DNA of 64,000 nucleotides from an uncultured Gemmatimonadales bacterium (GTDB lineage: Bacteria > Gemmatimonadota > Gemmatimonadetes > Gemmatimonadales > GWC2-71-9): NCBI GenBank assembly GCA_947259405.1, contig CAMYLY010000009.1:18020-82019 (forward strand). Reading direction: 5' to 3'. Under the pieces are notes generated by a model. The model saw only the letters and a program-made list of their open reading frames with translations, ran no database searches and was not told the DNA's origin. Shown in pieces: positions 9,055 to 18,604 of the stretch (position 1 is its first letter; each line of letters starts with the position of its first letter). The position numbers and the translations under genes were made by a program.

Positions 9055-9801
9055 GTGCGCTTAGGATTCGTTCTCCTCGTTGCAGCGGTGAGCGGAATCG
9101 CCAGCTCACCCGGGCCACAGCACGACTTGCGCACCTACGTGATCGTCCACGGGGCATGGGGCGGTGGCTGGGATTGGCGCGCCGTGGACTCCCTGCTCAC
9201 GCTGCGCGGTCATCGCGCCGTGCGAGTCACGCTCACCGGTCAGGGCGAGCGGGTACACCTGGCCTCTCCAAGTATTGGTCTGTCGACTCACGTGGACGAC
9301 GTCGTGAACACGATTCTCTGGGAGGATCTGCGCGACGTAGTGCTCGTCGGGCACAGCTACGGTGGCATGGTGATCACGGGGGCGGCCGACCGAATACCGG
9401 ATCGGATACGCCACGTCGTCTACGTCGATGCGTTCTTGCCCAACTCCGGGGAGAGTCTTTTAGGCATGTTCGACTCTTCCTCTGCGGCTTCCTTTCGACA
9501 AACAGTGCGGGACGGCATGAGCGTCCCTCCGTGGGTCACCGACACGCTGGCCATACCCCGTGACGTTCCTCACTCTTTTCGCACCCTTACAGACACACTG
9601 CGGCTCATGTCCCCAGCCAGTCGGCGCGCGCCGGGCACCTACATCCTCACTGTCGAGTCCACCGTGGAGACCGACGCGTTCCAGCAGTTCGCTGACCGCG
9701 CCGCCGCGCGTGGGTGGCCGGTCTACACGATTCAGTCCGACCACAATGCGCAGCGCACGGCGCGGGGGCCACTCGTCGAGTTACTCGATGCCGTGCCGTA
9801 G
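9055..9801 (+). CDS. Alpha/beta hydrolase (esterase-like)
   Basis: VHGAWGGGW oxyanion motif, GHSYGG nucleophile, C-terminal His (SDH). Confidence 0.9.
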   Translation: MRLGFVLLVAAVSGIASSPGPQHDLRTYVIVHGAWGGGWDWRAVDSLLTLRGHRAVRVTLTGQGERVHLASPSIGLSTHVDDVVNTILWEDLRDVVLVGHSYGGMVITGAADRIPDRIRHVVYVDAFLPNSGESLLGMFDSSSAASFRQTVRDGMSVPPWVTDTLAIPRDVPHSFRTLTDTLRLMSPASRRAPGTYILTVESTVETDAFQQFADRAAARGWPVYTIQSDHNAQRTARGPLVELLDAVP

Positions 9802-9802
9802 A

Positions 9803-9958
9803 CTCGCGAGGAATAGCAGGCGTCCAGCCCACAGGGAAGACGAGCGCCGTGGCCGCCATGAACGTCGAGCGCGTCGTCGACGGCCGCATAGCAGAGAACG
9901 GGGCGCCGCAAACCTCTTGGACCTTTGATGGAGACCGGTGCGGTCGCGCCGCAACGCT
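9803..9958 (+). pseudogene. C-terminal fragment of a SnoaL-like ester cyclase, frameshifted
   Basis: GVQPTGKTSAVAAMNVERVVDGRIAE continues as GAANLL in another frame. Confidence 0.6.
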
Positions 9959-9959
9959 T

Positions 9960-10754
9960 CTAGTACACGAACACAACCGGCCGTACGATCATCCCATCAC
10001 CATCCTCAATGTTCAGCGGCACGCCGACGAAGTACATGCTCTCCTTGTCCAACAGCCTGTCGACGTTGAAGAGCTGCTCGTAGATGGGGATACCGCGCGA
10101 CAGGAACGAGTGGTGGATGGGGACGGCCCTCGCCGTTTCGCTTTCCGCGTCAACCGCGGTCGTATCCATTGATGCCACACTAAAGGCATCAGTCCCGAAC
10201 GCTCGCACCGGCACGGTCGCCAGAAACTCCGACGCGGCTCGGGTCAACGCGATCGTCTCGGGCATCGCGTCGTCCGTGGTTGGCGGCGAGTACCCCGTGT
10301 AGATGAGGACCACGTCGCCAGGGCTCACGAATTCACCGAACACCCCTGGAGGCACCGTACGGCCCTTCGCGAAGTCTCGCACATCGAACACCTTCAGGGG
10401 CCCAGCAAACGCCTCGATGGGATAGCTATCCAGGCCGGCTCCTACACTAACGTGGTTTGGCGCATCCACGTGCGGGCCGCCATGATTGGACAGCGTGTAG
10501 TAGGCGTTCGATCCCGTTGCTGTCCCGGTACCCGTTTCAAACTCCCAATCGATGACATCGAACGCGTTGGGGCGCTCGAGTCCCGCTGCGGCAAGCATCG
10601 CCTTTCCCCACACGAGTTCGGGTAGGTTCTCGGTGACGAGTGCGCCAAGATCGACGACCTCCACGGGTTCCCGCATTCCTGCCTCTGGAGCGCAGGCCGC
10701 GCACAATACGATGGAGAAGACAGGACCCATCAACACGTGTGACTGCGGCTTCAT
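9960..10754 (-). CDS. Cyclase/kynurenine-formamidase family lipoprotein
   Basis: HGGPHVDAPNH metal motif, GDVVLIYTG, H..L..GIPIYEQL. Confidence 0.85.
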   Translation of the reverse strand: MKPQSHVLMGPVFSIVLCAACAPEAGMREPVEVVDLGALVTENLPELVWGKAMLAAAGLERPNAFDVIDWEFETGTGTATGSNAYYTLSNHGGPHVDAPNHVSVGAGLDSYPIEAFAGPLKVFDVRDFAKGRTVPPGVFGEFVSPGDVVLIYTGYSPPTTDDAMPETIALTRAASEFLATVPVRAFGTDAFSVASMDTTAVDAESETARAVPIHHSFLSRGIPIYEQLFNVDRLLDKESMYFVGVPLNIEDGDGMIVRPVVFVY

Positions 10755-10893
10755 CGTTCACCTCCCACCGGTTTCCACTAGCGCCAAGATGTTGCCCGAC
10801 TGCGCCCGGCGCCAGCGATTCGGGTGGAGCTCCCGGGAGCCTTGACCTTCCCCTTCACTTTGCGCAAATCACACGGACACCCCATGGAATCCC

Positions 10894-11496
10894 ATGCCAC
10901 TCGCCGTCGTCCTGTACCCATCGATCGCAAGTGATCTACTGGGCCGGATCCGCCGAGCTCACGATCCCTCGGTCCACGCAATCGCGCCACATGTCACGGT
11001 ACTCTTTCCGATACCCGAAACAGGGCAATCTCTGACGCAACACGTCGCACGCGCGGCGAAGCAGATCCAGCCCTTCGAGATCTCGTTCGACGGGTTCCAC
11101 ACGGCGCCCGACCACTGGCTGTTTCTCAGGCTCGGCCGGGGAGCCGACCAATGCCGACAACTCCACACCGCCCTCTATGCCGGTGACTTCGCGCAGTATC
11201 GGCGCACCGACATCGAGTACGTACCGCACCTCGCGCTGGGACTCTTTCTTCGCGCCCGCGTGTGGTACGATGCGCGGTCGCCGAATGCTGACGATCGTGA
11301 CGTGGTCCGCTACGATCGCGTTCTCGGTCAGGCGCGTCCGCTATTGGATCTTCCTGCCACGACTGTGACTTCCCTGCACCTCATCGAGATTCCGAGTTCG
11401 CTCATGGCGTGGTTCGATGGCGGAGGGGGATCCTACCCGGAGGGTGAGGTCGTGGAGAACGTCGGGGAGGTCACGCTCGGTACGCCGACGGGTTGA
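10894..11496 (+). CDS. 2H phosphoesterase (2'-5' RNA ligase family)
   Basis: PHVTVLFP and YVPHLALG motifs (second HxT degenerate). Confidence 0.8.
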   Translation: MPLAVVLYPSIASDLLGRIRRAHDPSVHAIAPHVTVLFPIPETGQSLTQHVARAAKQIQPFEISFDGFHTAPDHWLFLRLGRGADQCRQLHTALYAGDFAQYRRTDIEYVPHLALGLFLRARVWYDARSPNADDRDVVRYDRVLGQARPLLDLPATTVTSLHLIEIPSSLMAWFDGGGGSYPEGEVVENVGEVTLGTPTG

Positions 11497-11669
11497 CTAG
11501 CGCCGTGAAAATCCCCTCGCAGTACCTTGGCACATCCCGCGAGTAGAAGCGCATCGGCGCTGTCAGGATCGATGTCGCGAAGCTGCGGGGCATACTCGCT
11601 CACTTGATCGATAAGCGACTCGTCATGCTAGTAAAGCCGTACCGCGGCAGAGCGTCGCCGATCCCAAGA

Positions 11670-11815
11670 GGAGCACCGGACAGGTATAGTGACGTTTCGG
11701 CACACCATGCCGAAGCTTCGGGATGGCGTACCTCAGCTTCGGTACGGCCTACCCGAGCTTCGGAACGACGTACCGGAATGGGGTCGGATGAAGTGCAACT
11801 GGTTTCCCTACAGGT
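11670..11815. repeat. 21-bp-period tandem repeat element, copy B
   Basis: GTTTCGG at 11694 and GCTTCGG at 11715, 11736, 11757; tail aligns without gaps to copy A. Confidence 0.85.
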
Positions 11816-11929
11816 AGTCCAGCCGTTTTGGGACCTAGAGTGGCAACCCTGCGGCGGGTGACGCCGCAACCTCACGGTCGGTCGCCGCGCACGACGCCGC
11901 ACCCGGCCGGCAGAATCAGCAGACGTGCG

Positions 11930-12667
11930 TTAGACAGCCTCCCTTTCGAGTCGGCCCCGCGCCGCCTTCGCAAACAACACGGCCGATCCCACGAACAGCG
12001 CAACGAAGGCTCCGTTGATCGCGATGATCTCAAATGGCCCGCTGTACGGGGCACCCAACCGCCCGACCAGCGCGATCACGGCAACTAACGTCTGAGCGAG
12101 CGCCGTCGCGAACAACGCGCGCGCCATTCCTTCGGGTTTGAGCCGCGCGATGATGGCACCGATCGCTCCGACAAGGAGCACCCCGCCATACATGAGGTTG
12201 GCGTTGTTGTTCTCGGATCCGATGATGCCGACGGCTCCGTTCACCCACACGAGGAGCACCGCTGCGCCGAGCGCAAGACCAATGGCGGTTCGGTACGCGG
12301 CGTTCAGGGTCGTCCTGGATACCAGCTCAACAGTGATACCAATGCCGATGAGCAGGGCCCCGGTCTGCGCAAGAGTGCCGATCCAGTTCGGTTCACCCAC
12401 GAACTGCTTTGCCACCAGCGCGGTCACTAGCATGAGCGCTCCGGCGGCCCAGCACGCTAGCCCCCAGCGACTCCACGCCGGCCCGTCACTTTTTGCTCCG
12501 TTTCCTCCCATGGTCTGCACCTCCGATACCATGTCCTTGTTCGTCGTGCGGGAGAGTGCTCTGACACTCGCAACGGCGCCGCCGAGCATGAAGCCGAACT
12601 CCAGGAACCGAGAGATCGATGCCTGTCCGGGCGTGTGCTTGTTCATTGCTTCCTCATGCCGCATCAC
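11930..12667 (-). CDS. Hypothetical multi-pass membrane protein
   Basis: AYRTAIGLALGAAVLLVWVNGAVGIIGSENNNANLMY region; TAA stop lies inside a minus-strand GTCTAAC (R''-like). Confidence 0.75.
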   Translation of the reverse strand: MMRHEEAMNKHTPGQASISRFLEFGFMLGGAVASVRALSRTTNKDMVSEVQTMGGNGAKSDGPAWSRWGLACWAAGALMLVTALVAKQFVGEPNWIGTLAQTGALLIGIGITVELVSRTTLNAAYRTAIGLALGAAVLLVWVNGAVGIIGSENNNANLMYGGVLLVGAIGAIIARLKPEGMARALFATALAQTLVAVIALVGRLGAPYSGPFEIIAINGAFVALFVGSAVLFAKAARGRLEREAV

Positions 12668-14074
12668 TCACTGCCTCCTAAGAATCATGTGCGCGCCCGG
12701 CATACTAAACCGTAGCTCCGTCACCTCTCCACTGTCGCCGTTCGCTCGGCGGAAGATGAACCGCGGGAGTCCGGCGCCGAACGTCAAACCCTCGATCCAG
12801 GGGATCGGACGCGACGGCCTACCGTCGATGGAGAAGGCGGGTCCCTGCGGTGTCTCCGTCACCTCGACGACCATCTCTTCACCCCGTCCCGGCCCGACAT
12901 ACCGGCCTACGAGCGGTGCGGGGTCGCCGGTGAATCGCTTGGGCGGCGGCGGCGTCCGGCCAAGCACCTCGTTGGCGAGGTTGGTCACCACTTCCTGCGG
13001 ATCGAGCGGGCCGACGTTGTTGATCATGACGACGACCCCCATCTGCGCCTCCGGATACCAACCCACCTCGACCCAGAAGCCAGGGGCCCTGCCGCCGTGG
13101 CCGATGTACATGAGGCCGCTGGGGTCCGGACCCACCTGAAGGCCCATGCCATAACGGAGCGGCGTCCCATCGTTCAGCCTTCCGGGCGCGATGAACTCCG
13201 TGTAGGACGCGGGTGAAAGTACGCGGCCGCCGTGGAGGGCCTGGAGCCAGGTGACCATATCGCCCACGCTCGAGCACAGCGAACCGGCGGCGAAGGGCCA
13301 GGTATGCCAGATAGTCCACGCGCGGCGGATGACACTGTCGCGCGTGACGAAGTAGCCATGCGCGCGGCGCGGGATGTTCTCCTCGCTGTGGCAGTACATC
13401 GACCGCGTCATGCCCAGCGGTTCGAAGATGTGCTGCTCGATGTAGTCCTCGTACGTCATCCCGCTCGCCTTTTCGATGACGAGCCCCAGGAGCCAGAACC
13501 CCGCGTTGTTGTAGATCTGCATCCCGCCCGGCGCGAACTGCGGAGGTTGCCGCTGTTGCAGTGCATACGCGGAATCGCGGGGGAAGCGGATGTTCGTCGA
13601 CAGGCTGCCGAACTCCCGCGCCTCCGTGAAGTCGCCGATCCCTGCCGTGTGCGCGAGCAGGTGGCGCAGCGTCACCGCGTGACCGTGTGTGTCGAAGTCG
13701 GGGAGCCACTCGGTGATGTCGTCGTCCAGGCTGAGCTTCCCCTCGTCGCGGAGCTGGAGCACGGCCGCGCCAGTGAACTGCTTGGTGACCGAGCCGATCA
13801 CGAACATGGCATCGAGCGGCATCGGGACGTCCCACTCGACGTCGGCCCGGCCATAGGATTTGTGGAGTAGCGTTTCGTCGCCTTTGACCACCGCCGCGAC
13901 GATGCCGACGGCGTAGTTCCTCTGGACCCAGTGCCCGGCGATGGAATCGAGCCGCTGGGCGAGGGCTGAGTCCGTTTGCGCGGCCGCTTGGGTGGCCGCG
14001 ATGGAGACGAGGGCAACGGTGCCGAGGAAGAAGCGGAGACCGGGCCGCGCGAGCGCGGGATGAAGGAGCGACAC
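12668..14074 (-). CDS. Serine hydrolase, beta-lactamase/PBP-like (class C-like peptidase)
   Basis: SVTK (SxxK), YNN (YxN), HGG triad, LLAHTAG; signal peptide; AAGGAG RBS before the GTG at 14074. Confidence 0.9.
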   Translation of the reverse strand: MSLLHPALARPGLRFFLGTVALVSIAATQAAAQTDSALAQRLDSIAGHWVQRNYAVGIVAAVVKGDETLLHKSYGRADVEWDVPMPLDAMFVIGSVTKQFTGAAVLQLRDEGKLSLDDDITEWLPDFDTHGHAVTLRHLLAHTAGIGDFTEAREFGSLSTNIRFPRDSAYALQQRQPPQFAPGGMQIYNNAGFWLLGLVIEKASGMTYEDYIEQHIFEPLGMTRSMYCHSEENIPRRAHGYFVTRDSVIRRAWTIWHTWPFAAGSLCSSVGDMVTWLQALHGGRVLSPASYTEFIAPGRLNDGTPLRYGMGLQVGPDPSGLMYIGHGGRAPGFWVEVGWYPEAQMGVVVMINNVGPLDPQEVVTNLANEVLGRTPPPPKRFTGDPAPLVGRYVGPGRGEEMVVEVTETPQGPAFSIDGRPSRPIPWIEGLTFGAGLPRFIFRRANGDSGEVTELRFSMPGAHMILRRQ

Positions 14075-14110
14075 GGGATTGAACTCCTTGACAAGGCAGC
14101 TGTATGAGTA

Positions 14111-14135
14111 CAGAGTACTTTGTAACGCAAAGCTT
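14111..14135. promoter_or_regulatory. Putative palindromic operator ACTTTG-N5-CAAAG
   Basis: AGTACTTTGTAACGCAAAGC about 45 bp upstream of the serine hydrolase start, in an AT-rich patch. Confidence 0.5.
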
Positions 14136-14421
14136 AGCAACCCTGGCCTAGGAGCCGCTGCTCGGCCGCGGTGCGATCACAAGATCCTCGGCACAGGTAT
14201 ACAATCGCCATCCTGCCACGACCCAGCTCCCGCTCGATGGCGTAGCGGTCGGAGAGAGCTTAGCTGAGACGATCGCTGATATCAGTCACCGGTACCACCC
14301 AACGTTATTCCGGCGTTGAAACGCCGGCTCGGCGCTGCGCGACGCGTTCTGAAGAACGTCGTCACCGAGTTGCCCTTCAGCGCACGTCGGCGCGAAAGCG
14401 CCCCCGAGCCTGGCTTTCAGG

Positions 14422-14508
14422 TCAGGAACATCGACTGATGGCTACTTGTCGGTGGAGTCTAAGGTCGTCGGCGAGGGCGGTCTTGAGGCGAGCAACGGTA
14501 TCGCTCAT
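14422..14508 (-). pseudogene. N-terminal stub of a Ser/Thr kinase gene
   Basis: MSDTVARLKTALAD resembles the pre-kinase helix that precedes the Gly-rich loop (compare VRSALDDEYRIERLLGRGG in the 23095 kinase), then unrelated sequence and a stop. Confidence 0.6.
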
Positions 14509-14576
14509 GAGATCCTAACCTAGGCTCCAATCGTTCTGTTGGCGAGACGAAGGAAGATGTAGCGGGGGAGCAGGGA

Positions 14577-15731
14577 TCAGACGATTTCTCCCCTCCACAG
14601 TCGTTTCACAAAGGCCTTGGCTGGTAGGATTTCGATGCCGTCATCCGTCTTACGTGACTTGCGTTCGCTGCAGACTACTATTCGCCGAGCCACACGTGGA
14701 TGATCCACTGCCAGGCTACGCAGTCCCTTGAGATGGTCCCGCGTGATCTTCGCGCTCGACTTCGCTTCTATCGCCGCCTCCATATCGCCCAACACGAAGT
14801 CCACCTCAATGCCACTGGCAAGTCGCCAGTATGATAGAGCCGTGTCGTGCCCGCGGTAGCTCCCATAGGCTGTGAGCTCGTGGAACACCCAGTTCTCGAA
14901 CGCCTTGCCATAGAGCTCGGAACCGGGTTGCAGCTCCCCCCGCCGCGCCAACCGATTCACGACCCCGACATCGACGAAGTAGAACTTGGGCGCACCGATG
15001 ACGCGGCGTTTGGGTCGTTTGCGGTACGCCGGCAGCCACCTCCCGAGCAGCGTGTCTTCCAGAATCTCAAAGTGGTTCTTGGTCGTGTGGCTCGACACAC
15101 CGCACTCGCGGGCGAGGTTGGAGAAGTTGACGATCTCACAATCACTGAGCGCCGCAACATCCAGGAAGTCTGAGAACGTCGGGAGATTGCGCACCAGCCC
15201 TTCGGCGGCGACTTCCTCCTTCAGGTAACCGGCGATGTACGCATCGAGCAATCGCTTTGGCCGATTCGACTCATAGATGCGTGGCAGGTAGCCATGATTC
15301 AACATCCGATCGAGAGCGAAGTCGCCGCCGAGCTCGGCCGCTGTCAGTCCATGCAACTCATAGCGCACGGCGCGACCGCCCAACAGATTGGCGGCGCCAC
15401 GTTTCACCTTGCGGGCGCTCGAGCCGCAAAGTGCGAAGTGAAGGCCGCGATTCTCCAGCAGCCAATGCACTTCATCTAGCAGCGCGGGGACCTTCTGAAT
15501 CTCGTCAATGACAATCTGACGCCCAGGATCGAGTGGTTCTGCCTCGATCTCCTGACGCAGCAGCTCGGGCCGAGCCACGTAACGGCGGAACTCCTCCGCC
15601 TTTAAGAGATCCACCCAACGGGCGTCACCGTAGGTCTGCCTCAACAGGGTAGTCTTACCAGTCTGCCGAGGACCCCAGAGGAAAAAGGTCTCGACTCCTG
15701 ACGCCGGGAGGACCAAGCTCCGATTGAACAT
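14577..15731 (-). CDS. AAA+ ATPase with DUF4143 (AAA_14-DUF4143)
   Basis: GPRQTGKT Walker A, IDEIQK Walker B, GSS, LLGGRA, PKFYFVDVG, C-terminal EVDFV...IEAK PD-(D/E)XK-like motif; start MFNRSL. Confidence 0.92.
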   Translation of the reverse strand: MFNRSLVLPASGVETFFLWGPRQTGKTTLLRQTYGDARWVDLLKAEEFRRYVARPELLRQEIEAEPLDPGRQIVIDEIQKVPALLDEVHWLLENRGLHFALCGSSARKVKRGAANLLGGRAVRYELHGLTAAELGGDFALDRMLNHGYLPRIYESNRPKRLLDAYIAGYLKEEVAAEGLVRNLPTFSDFLDVAALSDCEIVNFSNLARECGVSSHTTKNHFEILEDTLLGRWLPAYRKRPKRRVIGAPKFYFVDVGVVNRLARRGELQPGSELYGKAFENWVFHELTAYGSYRGHDTALSYWRLASGIEVDFVLGDMEAAIEAKSSAKITRDHLKGLRSLAVDHPRVARRIVVCSERKSRKTDDGIEILPAKAFVKRLWRGEIV

Positions 15732-15734
15732 GTA

Positions 15735-15760
15735 GTTCAATATATCATGATAACTTGAAC
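15735..15760. promoter_or_regulatory. 26-bp near-perfect palindrome abutting the ATPase start codon
   Basis: GTTCAA-TA-TATCATGATA-AC-TTGAAC, 3 nt from the ATG at 15731. Confidence 0.65.
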
Positions 15761-15780
15761 CGTCAACTCGTATTGGGGGA

Positions 15781-16008
15781 AAGGGCCACGACTCCTGGGT
15801 ACCCGAGCACAAGCCTGGCGTCGGCGTATCGATCTGTTTCATATGCCGCGACGCGGTGGCCCTCTATCGCGAGTTCATCGCTCGCGGCGTTGCGGTGAAG
15901 CGCCCCTTTGTTGGCAACGGCATGTGGGTGGCTTCTCTCGAGGATCCGGACGGCTACGAGCTGCAGAGCCCGACGGACGCGCCGGAAGAGAGCCAGTACG
16001 AGGAGTAA
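15781..16008 (+). pseudogene. C-terminal half of a VOC/glyoxalase family gene
   Basis: KGHDSWVPEHKPGVGVSICFICRDAVALYREF...PFVGNGMWVASLEDPDGYEL; no N-terminal half; followed by GCCTAAC at 16058. Confidence 0.75.
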
Positions 16009-16112
16009 AAGCTGGACTGGCCTTGGTGCCCACCATATCGCTCTTGACTTGCGTGCAGCCTAACACCGGCCGATTGTGAGCAGACTGTTCCGATCTTTGC
16101 ACACGCGTTTCG

Positions 16113-16613
16113 TTGACCATGAGGACAGCCATGAACCGTTTAGGCATTGTCGTGCACACCGTGCTGTTGCTCTCCCTGACACTAGACAGTGTCCAAGCCC
16201 AAGGAACACTCATGACTCAAACCGCAAAAGGAACATTTGTCGTCTCCTTGCAGCCCATGGCGTTTGAAGGTGTCGACCCCGAGGTCAAGCTTGGCCGAAT
16301 GTCAATTGACAAACAGATCTCCGGCGACCTCACAGCGCGCACAAACGGTCAGATGCTCAGCGCCATGACACGCACCGATGGGTCCGCCGGCTACGTGGCA
16401 ATCGAGTGGGTGGCCGGTACGCTAAACGGAAAGCGAGGGACTTTCGTGCTGCAACACTCGGGCACCATGAACCGCGGGGTACCGTCCCTGTCGGTGACCG
16501 TCGTGCCGGACTCGGGCACTGAGGAATTGGTCGGACTCGAAGGCGAGTTCAAGATCAACATCGTAGACGGTGAACACTATTATGAGTTTACCTATCGGTT
16601 GCCTGCACCGTGA
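16113..16613 (+). CDS. DUF3224 domain protein
   Basis: GSAGYVAIEWVAGTLNGKRGTFVLQH and VVPDSGTEEL.GLEG signature; start uncertain. Confidence 0.9.
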   Translation: MTMRTAMNRLGIVVHTVLLLSLTLDSVQAQGTLMTQTAKGTFVVSLQPMAFEGVDPEVKLGRMSIDKQISGDLTARTNGQMLSAMTRTDGSAGYVAIEWVAGTLNGKRGTFVLQHSGTMNRGVPSLSVTVVPDSGTEELVGLEGEFKINIVDGEHYYEFTYRLPAP

Positions 16614-16685
16614 AGAGCGTGTGGTACTGCCCACGGTACGGCGGAGTCGAGCAGGGACTTTGACAGGTTGCATGAACCGGCTGTT

Positions 16686-16751
16686 GCCTAGCAAGCGCCG
16701 GCGGCGGACAGTCCGCTGCCCGGCCCATAGGTGACGCGCAAGTCGTAGGGC
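16686..16751 (+). mobile_element. Degenerate attC-like site
   Basis: GCCTAGC..GTAGGGC (each one change from consensus), inner stem GGCGGCGGAC/GTCCGCTGCC. Confidence 0.45.
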
Positions 16752-16773
16752 AGACTTGTGGATGAGAGGAGCG

Positions 16774-17265
16774 ATGCGAGAAATCCACCTCGACGCCTTC
16801 GATCAGAGCCTGCATTCCGACAGACTCCGCGGCTGGCTGCGCCGACCGCACGTTGCCAGGTGGTGGGGAGACGCGCAACAGGCGATGGCACACGCGGTGC
16901 AGTGCCGTCCGGACGCGCACGCGGTCATCGTCGTAGACGGAACGCCCGTAGGCTATCTCTGCTGGCAGACACCAAGTCCGGTGGAGCTTGCGGATGCCCG
17001 CCTCACTGACCTGCCGGAGGGGTTGGTGGATATCGACATCCTCATAGGCGAGCCGGAACTGCTTGGCCAGGGAGTTGGTTCGCAGGCCCTCAAGCTGCTG
17101 CTAGCCCAATTGCACACGGAGTCGTCGTTCGCATACGCCGGCTTGGGTATGTCGGTGTCGAACGTACGTGCCATCCGGGCCTGTGAGCGAGCGGGGTTTC
17201 GTCTGTTTCGGGAGTTCCAGCATCCGGAATGGGGTCAATGCCGGTACATGGTGGCAGATGTGTGA
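16774..17265 (+). CDS. GNAT N-acetyltransferase (Acetyltransf_8/AAC(6')-Ib-like fold)
   Basis: WLRRPHVARWWG, IDILIGEPELLGQGVG, NVRAIRACERAGF. Confidence 0.85.
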   Translation: MREIHLDAFDQSLHSDRLRGWLRRPHVARWWGDAQQAMAHAVQCRPDAHAVIVVDGTPVGYLCWQTPSPVELADARLTDLPEGLVDIDILIGEPELLGQGVGSQALKLLLAQLHTESSFAYAGLGMSVSNVRAIRACERAGFRLFREFQHPEWGQCRYMVADV

Positions 17266-17791
17266 GGCGTCGCGACATTCCCTGCGCATTGGCGCCCCAG
17301 CGCTGGTCGGACTGCTTGGTGCGGGATGCTGCGACGACTGCGATGGCTTCTTTGGCGAAACCTGGATCGTCGTCGATGCGACCACCGTTAACGGGGCGTC
17401 CGTCTCGGATGTCACGATTCGCGCCGATAGGCTGAGGACCATGGAGGGGTGGACGGACACGACGCGTGCAAACGGGCGGGCGGTTCTCCATCTTTTCACG
17501 GCGAATTTCCCCGACTCCGTACGGGTATCGGCTGACCCGCCGGCGGAGTTCACGATTCCTGAGTCCGTGGCCGTGAGGGCAGTCTATGGGGATTCCGTGA
17601 CTGTTGTGTTCACTCTCGAACCGCTGACCAGTATGGCCGGCTGGGTTACTTGGTTCTTTTGGCGGTCGGCTACGGCTGGTCCGAGTGAGTCCGTGCGGGC
17701 TTATGCGCTTTGCGTATGCAAGGTGATAGCGCCGCAGCTGAGGCGCAGAGCCGTTCGCCAGTCCAAAGGTGGCATCCATCAAATCGCGTGA
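17258..17791 (+). pseudogene. Probable lipoprotein remnant running into an attC right half
   Basis: LVGLLGAGC lipobox and beta-rich domain; 3' part overlaps GCAGCTGAGGCGCAGAGCCGTTCGCC (17734-17759). Confidence 0.4.
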
Positions 17792-18587
17792 CAGGCCTTT
17801 CCGATTAGACCCTATTCCCCGGTATCGGCGTTTCTCCATCGATGCCGGACGCCTCGGGCGTCGGAAACATGTCATCCACGGTCTCATAGAAGTCGATGTC
17901 ACCGACGCCAGGCGCGTCTTTCGTGCTTACCATGCCAAGACTGGAGAGAGGCCTTCCCTCACCGCTTTCATAATCTCTTGCCTCGCCAGGGCCATCGAAT
18001 CCAACGATCACCTTCACGCCTACAAGGATTGGCGCAACCGTCTTGTGATCTATGACGACGTCAATATCAACGTTCTTCTCGAAGGAACCATCGATGGAGT
18101 GACGGCACCGGTCCCACATCTCCTCAAGGGCGTCAACAAGAAGAGTTATCTCGACATCCACGCAGAAATTCGCAGTGCCCAAGCGAGTCCGAAGGACACA
18201 CCAGAGGCCGGGTTCATGCGGTGGTTCTTATGGCTGCCATGGATCCTCCGGCGACCCTTCTACTGGTTTGCCCTGAGGGTGCCCCGGCTCTCTCGCGAGA
18301 TCTCAACCCCAGTCTTGGTGACGGCAGTTGGGATGTTTGGCAGAGGACCCGGTTGGGGAATACCCATGGCGAATTTCACTCTCACGGTGACGCTCGGTGG
18401 CATCTCAGAGAAGCCCGCAGTGGTGAACGGAGAAATCACGCCACGAGAGCTCTTGGACATGACGATCTCTATCGACCACGACGTTGTCGATGGGGCACCC
18501 GCGGCACGGTTCGTCGGCCGCTTCCGCCAGTTGATCGAAGCGTCCGACGGACTTGATGAATTGCTTTCGGCGGTGCAACCCACTTGA
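17769..18587 (+). CDS. Stand-alone 2-oxoacid dehydrogenase E2-like acyltransferase catalytic domain
   Basis: IDHDVVDGAPAARF catalytic motif, EVDVT; no lipoyl or E3-binding domain. Confidence 0.9.
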   Translation: MASIKSRDRPFRLDPIPRYRRFSIDAGRLGRRKHVIHGLIEVDVTDARRVFRAYHAKTGERPSLTAFIISCLARAIESNDHLHAYKDWRNRLVIYDDVNINVLLEGTIDGVTAPVPHLLKGVNKKSYLDIHAEIRSAQASPKDTPEAGFMRWFLWLPWILRRPFYWFALRVPRLSREISTPVLVTAVGMFGRGPGWGIPMANFTLTVTLGGISEKPAVVNGEITPRELLDMTISIDHDVVDGAPAARFVGRFRQLIEASDGLDELLSAVQPT

Positions 18588-18604
18588 GGCGCGCCAATGA
18601 GGCC

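Noticed and set aside
15735-15760. Palindrome as a dif/Xer site
   Set aside because: Lacks the XerD arm (TTATGTTAAA) and the 11-6-11 layout; kept as an operator candidate.
12668-17265. Calling the serine hydrolase and the GNAT antibiotic-resistance genes
   Set aside because: Motifs give the fold only; the HGG triad fits peptidases/esterases, and substrates cannot be read from sequence.
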